Below are positions 10,968-22,917 of a stretch of 64,000 nucleotides of DNA, piece by piece; the first letter of the stretch is position 1, and each line of letters starts with the position of its first letter. The stretch comes from Dendrobates tinctorius (taxonomy: Eukaryota), in the NCBI RefSeq assembly GCF_039654945.1, contig NW_027361810.1, forward strand, positions 5,704,001 through 5,768,000, read 5' to 3'. Both the position numbers and the translations under genes were made by a program. The notes below the pieces were generated by a model. The model was not told where the DNA came from, did not search any database, and saw only the letters and a program-made list of their open reading frames with translations.

Positions 10968-13900
10968 CCCTGGGGCTATGGATGGCTCCTGAGCGGCGTC
11001 GGGCTGGATTGGATTGCTACAGTCCAGGCAGTGGGGAGAGGACTGACCCCTGAGGTAGTGCCGGAAGGTTGGGGGACAGAGGGCGGAGAAGGGTCAGTCT
11101 GCCGTGCAGAGCTACTCACGGTCCGGTGTCCCCAAAAGCGATGCTGCTCGACCTGTCCGGGGATGCAGATCAGGGAGAAGTCCGGCTGGCCGTCCCAAAG
11201 AGGCAAAAAGCTGCTTGCAGAAACTGCTCAGGGGCTGGGGAGCGTCTCCAGCTGCGTCCGGCTGGCAGGCTGTGAAGATGGCGCCTGCCTGTAGAAAAGC
11301 GTGGGTCCCGGGGAAGGGCGGAGCTCCTCGCAGGGTTAATAATTGCTGCCCTCTAGCCATAATATGCTGGGCAGGAGAGGGAAAGGCGGGGGGAGGGCCT
11401 GGGGAGAGCGGGAGAGAAGCCCGCTTAGAAGAAAGGGGCGGGGGGCGTGGCCGCGACGCTGCGGTAGGCCCGAACACAAGCCGGGGCCTAAATTAGTTGC
11501 GGCGGCCGCCTGTCAGCAGGGGGTCGGCACGGAAGACGCGTCGCAACAACGGGCCGCGTCCCTGCCCAGAACTGCCCGACTCCAGTGCTACCCCTGCCGA
11601 GATGGAAAAAAGGGGGGGAAGCGCAGAACGAGGCCCGTGAAGACCCGGGGCCTGCATGGATGCGGTGACCGTGGGGAGATGCGGGGCGTGCAGGGACCCT
11701 AACGTGGTCCCCCTGGCGACCGCTCCAAGAGAAAACGCCGGGGGAAGACTGACATACTCACCCAGGCAGGGGGCCTTACAATAAAGGTACCTGAAAATCC
11801 CACGCTGTCTGTCTCTATGAAATCCGCGCCTCATCCAACCTTCAGGCTCTGGTAGGCGAGAGGGTGGGAGGTGGGGGGCAAGGACCGTCCGTGCGGCTGG
11901 CACCTACTTGTGCGAGGCTCCTGGTCCTGCTGCGGAGACCTATGAGGATACGGGGTGGCAGTACACGCCGTACTCATAGTCTCTTTGTGGGAGTACGGAT
12001 GTGACTGTTCACTCCGTATCCCTCCGGAACCTGCAAAGAAACGACGCACGACGAGGTAGATAGGGGTCTAATAAAAGACCCGTGTCCACCTCCTACTGAC
12101 ACTAAGCTAAACTGAGGATTTTCCTGCCGGTCGGTGGGGTGTATACGGCGGAGGAGGAGCTAACCTTTTTTGTGCATAGTGTCAGCCTCCTAGTGGCAGC
12201 AGCATACACCCATGGTCTCTGTGTCCCCCAATAAGGCGAACGAGAAATTAACTTTTATAAATAGGTCCTCATACCTGTAATGCGTCCCATAGGTATGGAG
12301 TCTCCTCCCGGAAGCAGCCGCCTCCCCGCCGTCAATCATATCTCTGTAGTGTCTGTGCCCCGCCTCCCAGCCATCATGCCCCTGCTCTGCCGTCTGTGCC
12401 CCGCCTCCCATAGCCGTCCATCATGCCCGTGCTCTGCCGTCTGTGCCCCGTCTCCCATAGCCGTCCATCATGCCCCTGCTCTGCCGTCTGTGCCCCGCCT
12501 CCTTCTGTCTCCTATTCCGGCGCCTTCTCTGTGAAAACAGTTCTCGGGCATGCGCAGTGCGCGCTGCCCGTGAACTGACATAAGGCGATCACGCCTGCGT
12601 GTTGTGGAGGCCCCAGATCCTGCCCCGCAGTGTCAATACATCATAACACACGCACTGCGGGGCAGGATCTGGGGCCTCCACAACATGCAGGCGTGATCGC
12701 CTGATGTCAGTTCACGGGCAGCGCGCACTGCGCATGCCCGAGAACTGTTTTTACAGAGCAGGCGCCGGCATAGGAGACAGAAGGAGGCGGGGCACAGACG
12801 GCAGAGCAGGGGCATGATAGACGGCTATGGAAGGCGGGGCACAGACGGCAGAGCACGGGCATGATGGACGGCTATGGGAGGCGGGGCACAGACGGCAGAG
12901 CAGGGGCATGATGGACAGCTATGGAAGGAGGGCACAGACGGAAGCACAGGGGCATGATGGACGGCTATGGGAGGCAGGGCACAGACGGCAGCATAGGGGC
13001 ATGATTGACGGCGGGGAGGCGGCTGCTTCAGGGGGAGACTCCATACTTATGGGACGCATTACAGGTATGAGGACCTATTTATAAAAGTTAATATTTCGGC
13101 GTTACTGGGCGTTAGAAACGGAAGAGCCACCTTAACAGAATGCAGCTTTAGTGCAGCTGAAGGTGGCTCTTTTAGTTAACGCCCGGGGGGGGGGGGGTGA
13201 CAGGTTCCCTTTAATGAGGTGCAGTCCCAGCAGTCAAGTCTGGCACAGTTCATTTTTAGTAAAGCTGCATTGACAGGTCTAAGTCTTTCCATACATTCCT
13301 AGATAACCCACCCCCATCTCCCAAGACCACAAGGGGGTACACGGCCATAGAAACACAAGCAAAACAAGTAGTAAAACCTGTAAACCAGCCCAGCTGGAAA
13401 TTCAAGAGCAGCAGGACTTCAGATTCTACCCAAAAATCATACAGCTCATTTTCCCAGGCAGAAAACAGATTGTGTTTCTAGCTCTAATATGGTTGTGCGT
13501 GGTTCCTGAAGTATAAAAATAAGATGCAGCAGAACATTACGTGCAGACGGCAGAGCGCTCCGCAGACTAAACACAAGAAACACTGAAAGTATCGATGCCC
13601 CATGGGACCAGCCCTTCCAGAAAAGTTACACAGCGCAGAGCACAGCCCTCTGCTGATTTTACAAGGTGAGCACCTAGTGTATCAACACAGGAGGGTCACC
13701 CCCATACAAAACATGGGACAGGTGGAAAGAGACCAATAACATGTACCAATCATGTCACATCCAAGCAGACTGAACCTTCACTCCTGTGTGAAGTCATGTC
13801 TCCACGATTCAATGAGCTCAGAAGCGCAAGACTACAGTCAGACATTGAACACATTTTCCATTGCCGATTTTACAGCAGATTTTCAATAAATCTGCATCAC

Positions 13901-14730
13901 CATACACATTTGCAACAAGCAGATTAGCCAAGGATTTGATGAAATGCTGGTGCGTGCAGCTACCCCGCTACAGTTTTGCAAAATTCATAATATGAATTTA
14001 TCTTTACAGTGGTTGTCCCAAGATCTCTTGCAGCAGCGTATCACTCCCAGCCGCCTGTTGATGGGGACAGTGAGCCTCTGCTTGACAGACCCTGCAGCAT
14101 TGTTGTGCCATTGGCCTGAACTGTGTACTCTACCACATAGCACTTGACAAGGTGCAGTGCATCGAGGCTGGATTGGGAGATAACGTGTCCCAGCAATCCT
14201 GCCTGCTTGAGAGCAGTGCTTACAAGCCCTATCAAAAAGAGATTGTAAGCACTGCATATGTATGGCCACAGTTGCTACACTGCAGAAGTGAACTGCAAAT
14301 CAGTTGGTTTAACACGCATTTTCCAAATATCTGAACACATTCACTGTAAAGGGTTATTTCACTGAAACGTGCTGCCCGATCTAACAGAACATAGGCACTG
14401 GCTGTATGATGTCAGCCAGGTATGTTTGTCTCAAACACTGCATCCAAAATCCCAGAGGACTGAACCGCTCTGGAGACTAGTAAGATAGGCAGGTCCCTGA
14501 TTGCTTCTCCCCACCTCCTGTGCTGGATTGACAGATCTCTGCCTATGCGGGCATATAATTGTGGAAAACTGGGAAATAAAGAAGCACAAAATAGGGTTTT
14601 AACTGTAAAACAGGCACAGAAAACACAAATGGATCTGCTCACCTGGTAGTGCGGCACACCTAAGCAACATATAAAAAGTGCATTTATCAGCTGCTGCAGG
14701 ACACCAGTCCATAGGACTCAGAAAACAAAC

Positions 14731-14988
14731 ATATCCAGGTTAAGTGTCACTTTAGGCGCTGCTTATGAAACTGACCAATGAATAATATCCTTGAAAACTT
14801 TATTTTTATGGTTTAAAAGTCAATGCGTTTCGAGGTCAACACAGGACCCTCGTTTCTGTCCGGTTGAAGAGGTCCTGCGTTAACCTTGAAATGCGTCAAC
14901 TTTTAAACCTTAAAAATAACATCTTCAAGGATATTATTCGCTGGACAAATTCATCAGCAGCGCATCAAGCAACACTTCACCCGGATAT
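14731..14988. repeat. ~260-bp imperfect palindrome with hammerhead-like (Penelope-type) remnants
   Basis: Arms ATATCC..GAATAATATCCTTGAA..GGTTTAAAAGT..GCGTTTCGAGGTCAAC and their reverse complement. Confidence 0.75.
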
Positions 14989-16084
14989 ATACGTGGGCGT
15001 ATATGGAGAGACTGTCACTCTAGGGCAGCGGCTGGGAAAATGCCTGAAGAGTTGTCAAAAATGTAGAAATGGCCCTGCAGGTTCAGCACTCTTGCTCTTT
15101 GGGACATCCATATCTCACACTGGGTGCAAGTCCATAAATCTCTGTAGCCCCACAAAAGGCAACATCGCTGCTGTGGAATCAGCCTGAAGTCATTGGTAGA
15201 AATGATGCAGCCTCCATCATGGGATGCGCAATGAGGTACAGCACATGTGCTTGTGGTGATGAGCCCCAGAAACACAGGAACACTTGGCTTGAAGCCACAA
15301 CCCAACAACCTGTTACTGACCCAAGAATCATCACCAGCAAAAGACAATCCAATAAATATCTCTAATAAGACTTTACAAGATCTCTGCTTGATATAAATGA
15401 ATTACAATATTTACATACAGAGGCTGAAAACCCTTCTAGACCTAATAGGTCACAGCTGAGAGTTTGTAACAATTGCATCCAGCCTAGATATTGCTTTGTG
15501 ATATAAGCAGCCTGAACTCCAGACAGATACATTGTATCCACACTGATACATTGGATCCACACTCACACAGAAGCATCCAACAGGTTAAGAGAAGATGTTC
15601 TGAAATAATATTGCTATAAATGTGTGGCAGACGAGTCCGGAGCTCTGGTGCACCCCTAGACTCGACCCTGTCCATGTGCGGGAATCAAAGTGAAGATCAG
15701 CAGCGGTGTAAACACTGCCATCAGTGGGGAGTAACGGGATCCGGTGATGGGGTCAGTTTTGTCACTTATTTTGTGCTTATTCGATCCCTTGTGTGGTTCA
15801 CCTTTATATAACAAAGATGATCAGTTCTCTGATCCTGTTATCGGATCCATGAATTCTCCCCAATGATTTTTAGTGCTGATTTTATAAACGGTGCCAATGA
15901 CTATAATTGGGCAAGTGTGACGTGCTGCTTATAAGAACTGGGAACAGATGAGCCGTGTGAATAAGCCCCGAGACAGGAGCTTCGCCAGGTTGCAGATATG
16001 TCCTCGCCCCACACAATGTAGCAGAACATGTACAAGGTGCAGAAAAGGGAAGTGAAGAGTTCACAGGACACATTTCATCACAAC

Positions 16085-16620
16085 AAGCAGCAACAGTAGG
16101 GCGACAAGACAGAGGAGGGGGGTGGGAGGTTGCGGGGTGATAACGGAAGACTGGGGAGCGGGGGTCCCCAGTGGAGAGACAAGATAGCGTTGGGGGAGCA
16201 GGGGTCCCCAGTAGGGTGACAAGAGAAGGCTGGGGAGTGAGAAGTCCCCTGTGGGGTGACAAGCCAGAGGAGGGAGGAGTGGGATGGTCTCCAGTGGGGT
16301 AACACGACAAAGGAGGGGGGAGTGTGGGGACCCCAGTGTGGCAACACGACTGAGGGGGAATTGAGCGGGAGGTCCCCTGTGGAGTAACAAGACAGGAAGG
16401 TGAGCGGGGGGTCCCCAGTGGGGTGACAAGACTGTGTGTGTGGGGGGCAGGTGGTCCCCTGTGGGGTAACAAGACAGGATGGTGAGCGGGGATCATCAGT
16501 GGGGTGACAAGAGAAGAATGGGAAGTGGGGAGGGCCCTAGCCGCTGGGCAACAGGGAAGAAGGGGGCAGTGTCAGTAGTGGGGAGACAGGGAAGGATGGG
16601 GCACTATCACTACAGGGGAA
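16085..16620. repeat. Degenerate G-rich ~41-bp minisatellite
   Basis: Recurring GGGGTCCCC(A/T)GTGGGGTGACAAGA. Confidence 0.8.
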
Positions 16621-16789
16621 TGCAGTAATATGTTGCCCCCCACTTGATCTATCGGGGGGTCACAGATTTCCTAATTATTTTCTTACATTTGGAGACTGAA
16701 CAAAACACTATTGGGGGCTGGATGTGGGGTCTGCGTGGGGGCTATAGTGACAGCACTATTAGTGGTGGGGGATTACTACACAACCAGGA

Positions 16790-19700
16790 CAGAAGTGGCG
16801 GTATCAGTCATACTGGTATCGGCAGCACCGGTCATATCAGCGGTTTCGGTCACACAGGCTGTATCCTCAGTGTCGGCAGAATAGGTCATATCGGGGGTGT
16901 CAGTCATATCGGCGATTTCCTCAGTGTCAGCGGTAATGGTCACACAGGCTGTATCCTTAGTGTTGGCTGTATCGGTCACTCAGGGTCGGTCATGTTGGCG
17001 ATTTCCTCAGTGTCGGTCACGTCGGCTGTATCCTCAGTGTCGGTGGTCTCCTCAGCGGTTCCCTCAGCGTCGGTCATGTCGGCAGTCTCAATGTCGGCGG
17101 TTCCCTCAGTGTCGGTCATGTCGGCGGTTTCCTCAGCGGTTCCCTCAGTGTCGGTCATTTCGGCGGTCTCCTCAGTGTCAGTGGTTCCCTCAGTGTCGGA
17201 CATGTCGGCGGTCTCCTCAATGTCGGCAGTTCCCTCAGTGTCGGTCATTTCGGCGGTCTCCTCAGTGTCAGTGGTTCCCTCAGTGTTGGTCATGTCGGCG
17301 GTCTCCTCAATGTCGGCAGTTCCCTCAGTGTCGGTCATGTCGGCGGTTCCCTCAGTGTCGGTCATGTCGGCGGTCTCCTCAGTGTCGGCGGTCTCATTCA
17401 GTGTCGGTCATGTTGGCGGTCTCATTCAGTGTCGGTCATGTCGGCGGTCTCCTCAGTGTCGGTCATGTCGGCGGTCTCCTTCAGTGTTGGCGGTCTCCTT
17501 CAGTGTCGGTCATGTCGGCGGTCTCCTCAGTGTCGGTCATGTCGGCGGTCTCCTTCAGTGTCGGCGGTCTCCTTCAGTGTCGGTCATGTCGGCGGTCTCC
17601 TCAGTGTCGGCCATGTCGGCGATCTCCTTCAGTGTCGGCGGTTCCCTCAGTTTCGGTCATGTCGGCGGTCTCCTCAGTGTCGGTGGTCTCCTCAGTGTCG
17701 GTCATGTCGGCGGTCTCCTCAGTGTCGGCGGTCTCCTCAGTGTCGGCGGTCTCCTCAGTGTCGGCGGTCTCCTCAGTGTCGGCGGTCTCCTCAGTGTCGG
17801 CGGTCTCCCCAGTGTCGGCGGTCTCCCCAGTGTCGGTCATGTCGGCGGTCTCCTCTGTGGTTCCCTCAGCGTCGGTCATGTCAGCAGTCTCCTCAGTGGT
17901 TCCCTCAGTGTCGGCGGTCTCCTCAGTGTCGGTCATGTCGGCGGTCTCCTCAGTGGTTCCCTCAGTGTCGGCGGTCTCCTCAGTGTCGGTCATGTCGGCG
18001 GTCTCCTCAGTGGCTCCCTCAGTGTCGGCGGTCTCCTCAGTGTCGGTCATGTCGGCGGTTCCCTCAGTGTCGGCTGTCTCCTCAGTGTCGGTCATGTCGG
18101 CGGTCTTCTCAGTGGTTCCCTCAGTGTCGGCGGTCTCCTCAGTGTCGGTCATGTCGGCGGTCTCCTCAAGTGTCGGCGGTCTCCTCAGTGGTTCCCTCAG
18201 TGTCGGCGGTCTCCTCAGTGTCGGTCATGTCGGCGGTCTCCTCAGTGGTTCCCTCAGTGTCGGCGGTCTCCTCAGTGGTTCCCTCAGTGTCGGCGGTCTC
18301 CTCAGTGTCGGCGGTCTCCTCAGTGGTTCCCTCAGTGTCGGCGGTCTCCTCAGTGGTTCCCTCAGTGTCGGCGGTCTCCTCAGTGTCGGCGGTCTCCTCA
18401 GTGGTTCCCTCAGTGTCGGCGGTCTCCTCAGTGGTTCCCTCAGTGTCGGCGGTCTTCTCAGTGGTTCCCTCAGTGTCGGCGGTCTCCTCAGTGTCGGTCA
18501 TGTCGGCGGTCTCCTCAGTGGTTCCCTCAGTGTCGGCGGTCTCCTCAGTGTCGGTCATGTCGGCGGTCTCCTCAGTGGTTCCCTCAGTGTCGGCGGTCTC
18601 CTCAGTGGTTCCCTCAGTGTCGGCGGTCTCCTCAGTGTCGGCGGTCTCCTCAGTGGTTCCCTCAGTGTCGGCAGTCTCCTCAGTGGTTCCCTCAGTGTCG
18701 GCGGTCTCCTCAGTGTCGGCGGTCTCCTCAGTGGTTCCCTCAGTGTCGGCGGTCTCCTCAGTGGTTCCCTCAGTGTCGGCGGTCTCCTCAGTGTCGGCGG
18801 TCTCATTCAGTGTCGGTCATGTCGGCGGTCTTCTCAGTGGTTCCCTCAGTGTCGGCGGTCTCCTCAGTGTCGGTCATGTCGGCGGTCTTCTCAGTGGTTC
18901 CCTCAGTGTCGGTCATGTCGGCGGTCTCCTCAGTGTCGGTCATGTCGGCGGTCTTCTCAGTGGTTCCCTGAGTGTCGGCGGTCTCCTCAGTGTCGGCGGT
19001 CTCCTCAGTGGTTCCCTCAGTGTCGGCGGTCTCCTCAGTGTCGGTCATGTCGGCGGTCTCCTCAGTGGTTCCCTCAGTGTCGGCGGTCTCCTCAGTGTCG
19101 GTCATGTCGGCGGTCTTCTCAGTGTCGGTCATGTCGGCGGTCTTCTCAGTGGTTCCCTCAGTGTCGGTCATGTCGGCGGTCTCCTCAGTGTCGGTCATGT
19201 CGGCGGTCTTCTCAGTGGTTCCCTGAGTGTCGGCGGTCTCCTCAGTGTCGGCGGTCTCCTCAGTGGTTCCCTCAGTGTCGGCGGTCTCCTCAGTGTCGGT
19301 CATGTCGGCGGTCTCCTCAGTGGTTCCCTCAGTGTCGGCGGTCTCCTCAGTGTCGGTCATGTCGGCGGTCTCCTCAGTGTCGGTCATGTCGGCGGTCTCC
19401 TCAGTGTCGGCGGTCTCCTCAGTGTCGGTCATGTCGGCGGTCTTCTCAGTGGTTCCCTCAGTGTCGGTCATGTCGGCGGTCTCCTCAGTGTCGGTCATGT
19501 CGGCGGTCTTCTCAGTGGTTCCCTGAGTGTCGGCGGTCTCCTCAGTGTCGGCGGTCTCCTCAGTGGTTCCCTCAGTGTCGGCGGTCTCCTCAGTGTCGGT
19601 CATGTCGGCGGTCTCCTCAGTGGTTCCCTCAGTGTCAGCGGTCTCCTCAGTGTCGGTCATGTCGGCGGTCTTCTCAGTGGTTCCCTGAGTGTCGGTCATG

Positions 19701-21255
19701 TCGGCGGTCTCCTCAGTGGTTCCCTCAGTGTCAGCGGTCTCCTCAGTGTCGGTCATGTCGGCGGTCTTCTCAGTGGTTCCCTGAGTGTCGGCGGTCTCCT
19801 CAGTGTCGGCGGTCTCCTCAGTGGTTCCCTGAGTGTCGGCGGTCTCCTCAGTGGTTCCCTCAGTGTCGGCGGTCTCCTCAGTGTCGGTCATGTCGGCGGT
19901 CTTCTCAGTGGTTCCCTGAGTGTCGGCGGTCTCCTCAGTGTCGGCGGTCTCCTCAGTGGTTCCCTCAGTGTCGGCGGTCTCCTCAGTATCGGTCATGTCG
20001 GCGGTCTTCTCAGTGGTTCCCTGAGTGTCGGCGGTCTCCTCAGTGTTGGCGGTCTCCTCAGTGGTTCCCTCAGTGTCGGCGGTCTCCTCAGTGTCGGTCA
20101 TGTCGGCGGTCTCCTCAATGGTTCCCTCAGTGTCGGCGGTCTCCTCAGTGTCGGTCATGTCGGCGGTCTCCTCAGTGGTTCCCTCAGTGTCGGCGGTCTC
20201 CTCAGTGTCGGTGGTCTCCTCAGTGGTTCCCTCAGTGTCGGCGGTCTCCTCAGTGTCGGTCATGTCGGCGGTCTCCTCAGTGGTTCCCTCAGTGTCGGCG
20301 GTCTCCTCAGTGTCGGTCATGTCGGCGGTCTTCTCAGTGGTTCCCTGAGTGTCGGCGGTCTCCTCAGTGGTTCCCTCAGTGTCGGCGGTCTCCTCAGTGT
20401 CGGTCATGTCGGCGGTCTCCTCAGTGGTTCCCTGAGTGTCGGCGGTCTCCTCAGTGTCGGCGGTCTCCTCAGTGGTTCCCTCAGTGTCGGCGGTCTCCTC
20501 AGTGTCGGTCATGTCGGCGGTCTCCTCAGTGGTTCCCTCAGTGTCGGTCATGTCGGCGGTCTCCTCAGTGGTTCCCTCAGTGTCGGCGGTCTCCTCAGTG
20601 TCGGTGGTCTCCTCAGTGGTTCCCTCAGTGTCGGCGGTCTCCTCAGTGTCGGTCATGTCGGCGGTCTCCTCAGTGGTTCCCTCAGTGTCGGCGGTCTCCT
20701 CAGTGTCGGTCATGTCGGCGGTTCCCTCAGTGTCGGCTGTCTCCTCAGTGTCGGTCATGTCGGCGGTCTCCTCAGTGGTTCCCTCAGTGTCGGTCATGTC
20801 GGCGGTCTTCTCAGTGGTTCCCTCAGTGTCGGCTGTCTCCTCAGTGTCGGTCATGTCGGCGGTCTTCTCAGTGGTTCCCTCAGTGTCGGCGGTCTCCTCA
20901 GTGGTTCCCTCAGTGTCGGCGGTCTCCTCAGTGTCGGTCATGTCGGCGGTCTCCTCAGTGGTTCCCTGAGTGTCGGCGGTCTCCTCAGTGTCGGTCATGT
21001 CGGCGGTCTCCTCAGTGGTTCCCTGAGTGTCGGCGGTCTCCTCAGTGTCGGTCATGTCGGCGGTCTCCTCAGTGGTTCCCTCAGTGTCGGCGGTCTCCTC
21101 AGTGTCGGTCATGTCGGCGGTCTCCTCAGTGGTTCCCTGAGTGTCGGCGGTCTCCTCAGTGGTTCCCTCAGTGTCGGCGGTCTCCTCAGTGTCGGTCATG
21201 TCGGCGGTCTTCTCAGTGGTTCCCTGAGTGTCGGCGGTCTCCTCAGTGTCGGTCA
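16790..21255. repeat. Modular minisatellite of 18-, 12- and 9-bp blocks (TGTCGGCGGTCTCCTCAG / TGGTTCCCTCAG / TGTCGGTCA)
   Basis: Direct inspection; homogeneous near 21 kb, degenerate toward 16.8 kb. Confidence 0.97.
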
Positions 21256-21271
21256 CACCGGGGTCACTCAC

Positions 21272-21590
21272 TTGTGCTCGTTCTGTCCGGTCTTCCCCGG
21301 TGTCACCTCCCCCGCCCCCCAGCCCGCTCCTCCCGGGGTCCGGGGGGACACAGGCCCGGGGGCAGCTCTTCTCTCCGCCCGGGGACCAGTCACATGAGTC
21401 TGCAGCTCTCCAGCGGCCCTGTCACAAGATGGCGACCATCTGGACTCGGCGACGGCTACAGAGAGAGAGGCGGGCACGCGCTCCGGAGCCGGTGTCGGGG
21501 CTGCACGAGGCGGCGGGTCCTGCGGTAATCCGGGCACCGAGGAGAGAGCGGCACAAGCAGCGACCAGAACCGAGCGGCGACCACACACGT
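21272..21590 (-). other. Probable non-coding first exon of an unidentified minus-strand gene (5' end approximate)
   Basis: CpG-island sequence ending at donor CAA|GTGAGT (21271); YY1-type CGCCATCTT at ~21426-21434; promoter motifs directly upstream. Confidence 0.65.
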
Positions 21591-21766
21591 GACGTCACAG
21601 GGGGCGGGCGCTGCCTCCTTCGTGGCGTTGACGACGAGCTGAGGGGCGGGCTCTGGCTGACGCCTCGTCAGGGGCGTGGCTAGGGGCGGGCCTTCACGGC
21701 GTTTGACTGGCAGGTGGCTGCACATTTGCTCAGGCGATCGGTGCACTCGGATATTGCGCAGGCGCG
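21586..21766. promoter_or_regulatory. CpG-island housekeeping-type promoter
   Basis: Overlapping E-box/CRE CACGTGACGTCA (21586-21597), four GC boxes (~21601, 21643, 21671, 21683), NRF1-like TGCGCAGGCGC (21755-21765). Confidence 0.7.
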
Positions 21767-21777
21767 GTATTTAATAA

Positions 21778-22618
21778 GGCTGGGTTCACACGTAGCGGAA
21801 ATTACCGCGAGAGTTCTGGAATTCCATTCCGCTGGAATATCGCATTTTAAATTCCAGCGGAAAAACTAGCATTTTGCGAGCGTTTTCCAAGCGATCTGTA
21901 GCATCGCTTAGAGAACTGATTGACAGGTTGGTCACACTCGTCATAGTGTTTGACGAGGGTGACCAATTTTTAACTATTGAGGCCTCCTATGCGGCATCAG
22001 TAGTAAAAGATAAAATGTAAAAAATAATAATAAAATAAAATATATTGTTATTCTCACCTTCCGACGTCCCGCGCAGCCTTCCCACCTCTCTCCATGCTCC
22101 CGGTCCCAGTAATCCTTTGTGACAATTACCGCAATGACGTCGCGATCCCGCGAGAACGGACGTCATCGCTCGCAAAGGCTTACTGGGACCGGGAGCGTGG
22201 AGAGAGGTGGGAAGGCTGCGCGGGACGTCGGAAGGTGAGAATAACAATATTTTTTATTTTAAATTCTATTTTTTACAGGGATATGGTACCCAAAGCCCGG
22301 AGGACAGTCTCCTCTCCTCCGGACCGTGGGTACCATCCGCAAATGTTCCGCTTACTTTTTGCATGGTGTGCACAGCCACATGCGGAAAGTAAGCGGAACA
22401 ATGCATTCCTATGGGTGCGGGATCGCCGCGATTCCGCGAAATTAATGAGCCTGCTGCGTTTTTTACCGCGAAGCGATTCCACCGCGGTAAAAACCGCAGC
22501 ATTAGCACAGCATTGCGGAATCCCATGGGAATGCATGGGATGCTTATTTTTCGTGGCAAAATCGCGCGGTTAAAACCGCCGCGGAAGCGCGAAAAAAACG
22601 CCACGTGTGAACTCAGCC
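21778..22618. mobile_element. Harbinger-type MITE with internal ~230-bp palindrome
   Basis: TAA|GGCTGGGTTCACACGT ... ACGTGTGAACTCAGCC|TAA; near-perfect inverted repeat 22030-22260. Confidence 0.8.
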
Positions 22619-22917
22619 TAAAGGGAAACTGTCACTCCATTTTTCGAGTATCAGCTGCTGGGATCAGGGGCTTTTCTGCAGCATTCTGTAATGCTGTAGA
22701 TAAGCCCCCGATGTAACCTGAAAGAGAAGAAAAATGAGATATTATACTCACCGGGGGCGGTCCAGTCGGTCCGATGGGTGTTACGGTCCGGTCCGGCGCC
22801 GCCCTTCTTCTAACGGTGACGTCCTCTTCTTTGCTGCCTGTTGTGCCTCTGGCGCAGGCGCACTGCTCTGCCTGCTGAGGGCCGAGCAGAATACTGCAGT
22901 GCGCAGGCGCCGGACCT

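Larger units (their letters stand above)
6335..12247 (-). mobile_element. Full-length DIRS1-type tyrosine-recombinase retrotransposon (defective)
   Basis: Inverted terminal repeats 6369-6506 / 12110-12247, 5' TTTCTCG start, 3' extension 6335-6368, internal complementary region 6617-6718, gag / RT / RNase H / MT / YR coding regions, no TSD. Confidence 0.95.
6213..13210. mobile_element. Palindromic TTAA-flanked MITE (Kolobok/T2-type), ~1.1 kb, split by the DIRS
   Basis: TTAA|AGGGAACCTGTCA ... TGACAGGTTCCCT|TTAA; arms are reverse complements over their length, with internal ~45-bp tandem repeats at 12340-12500 and 12785-13000. Confidence 0.88.

Noticed and set aside
16644-21528. Plus-strand ORFs of 775-1543 aa (CRRSPQ, SVGGLL, SAVSSV repeats)
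   Set aside because: Translations of a stop-poor minisatellite, antisense to the local gene, with no unique domain.
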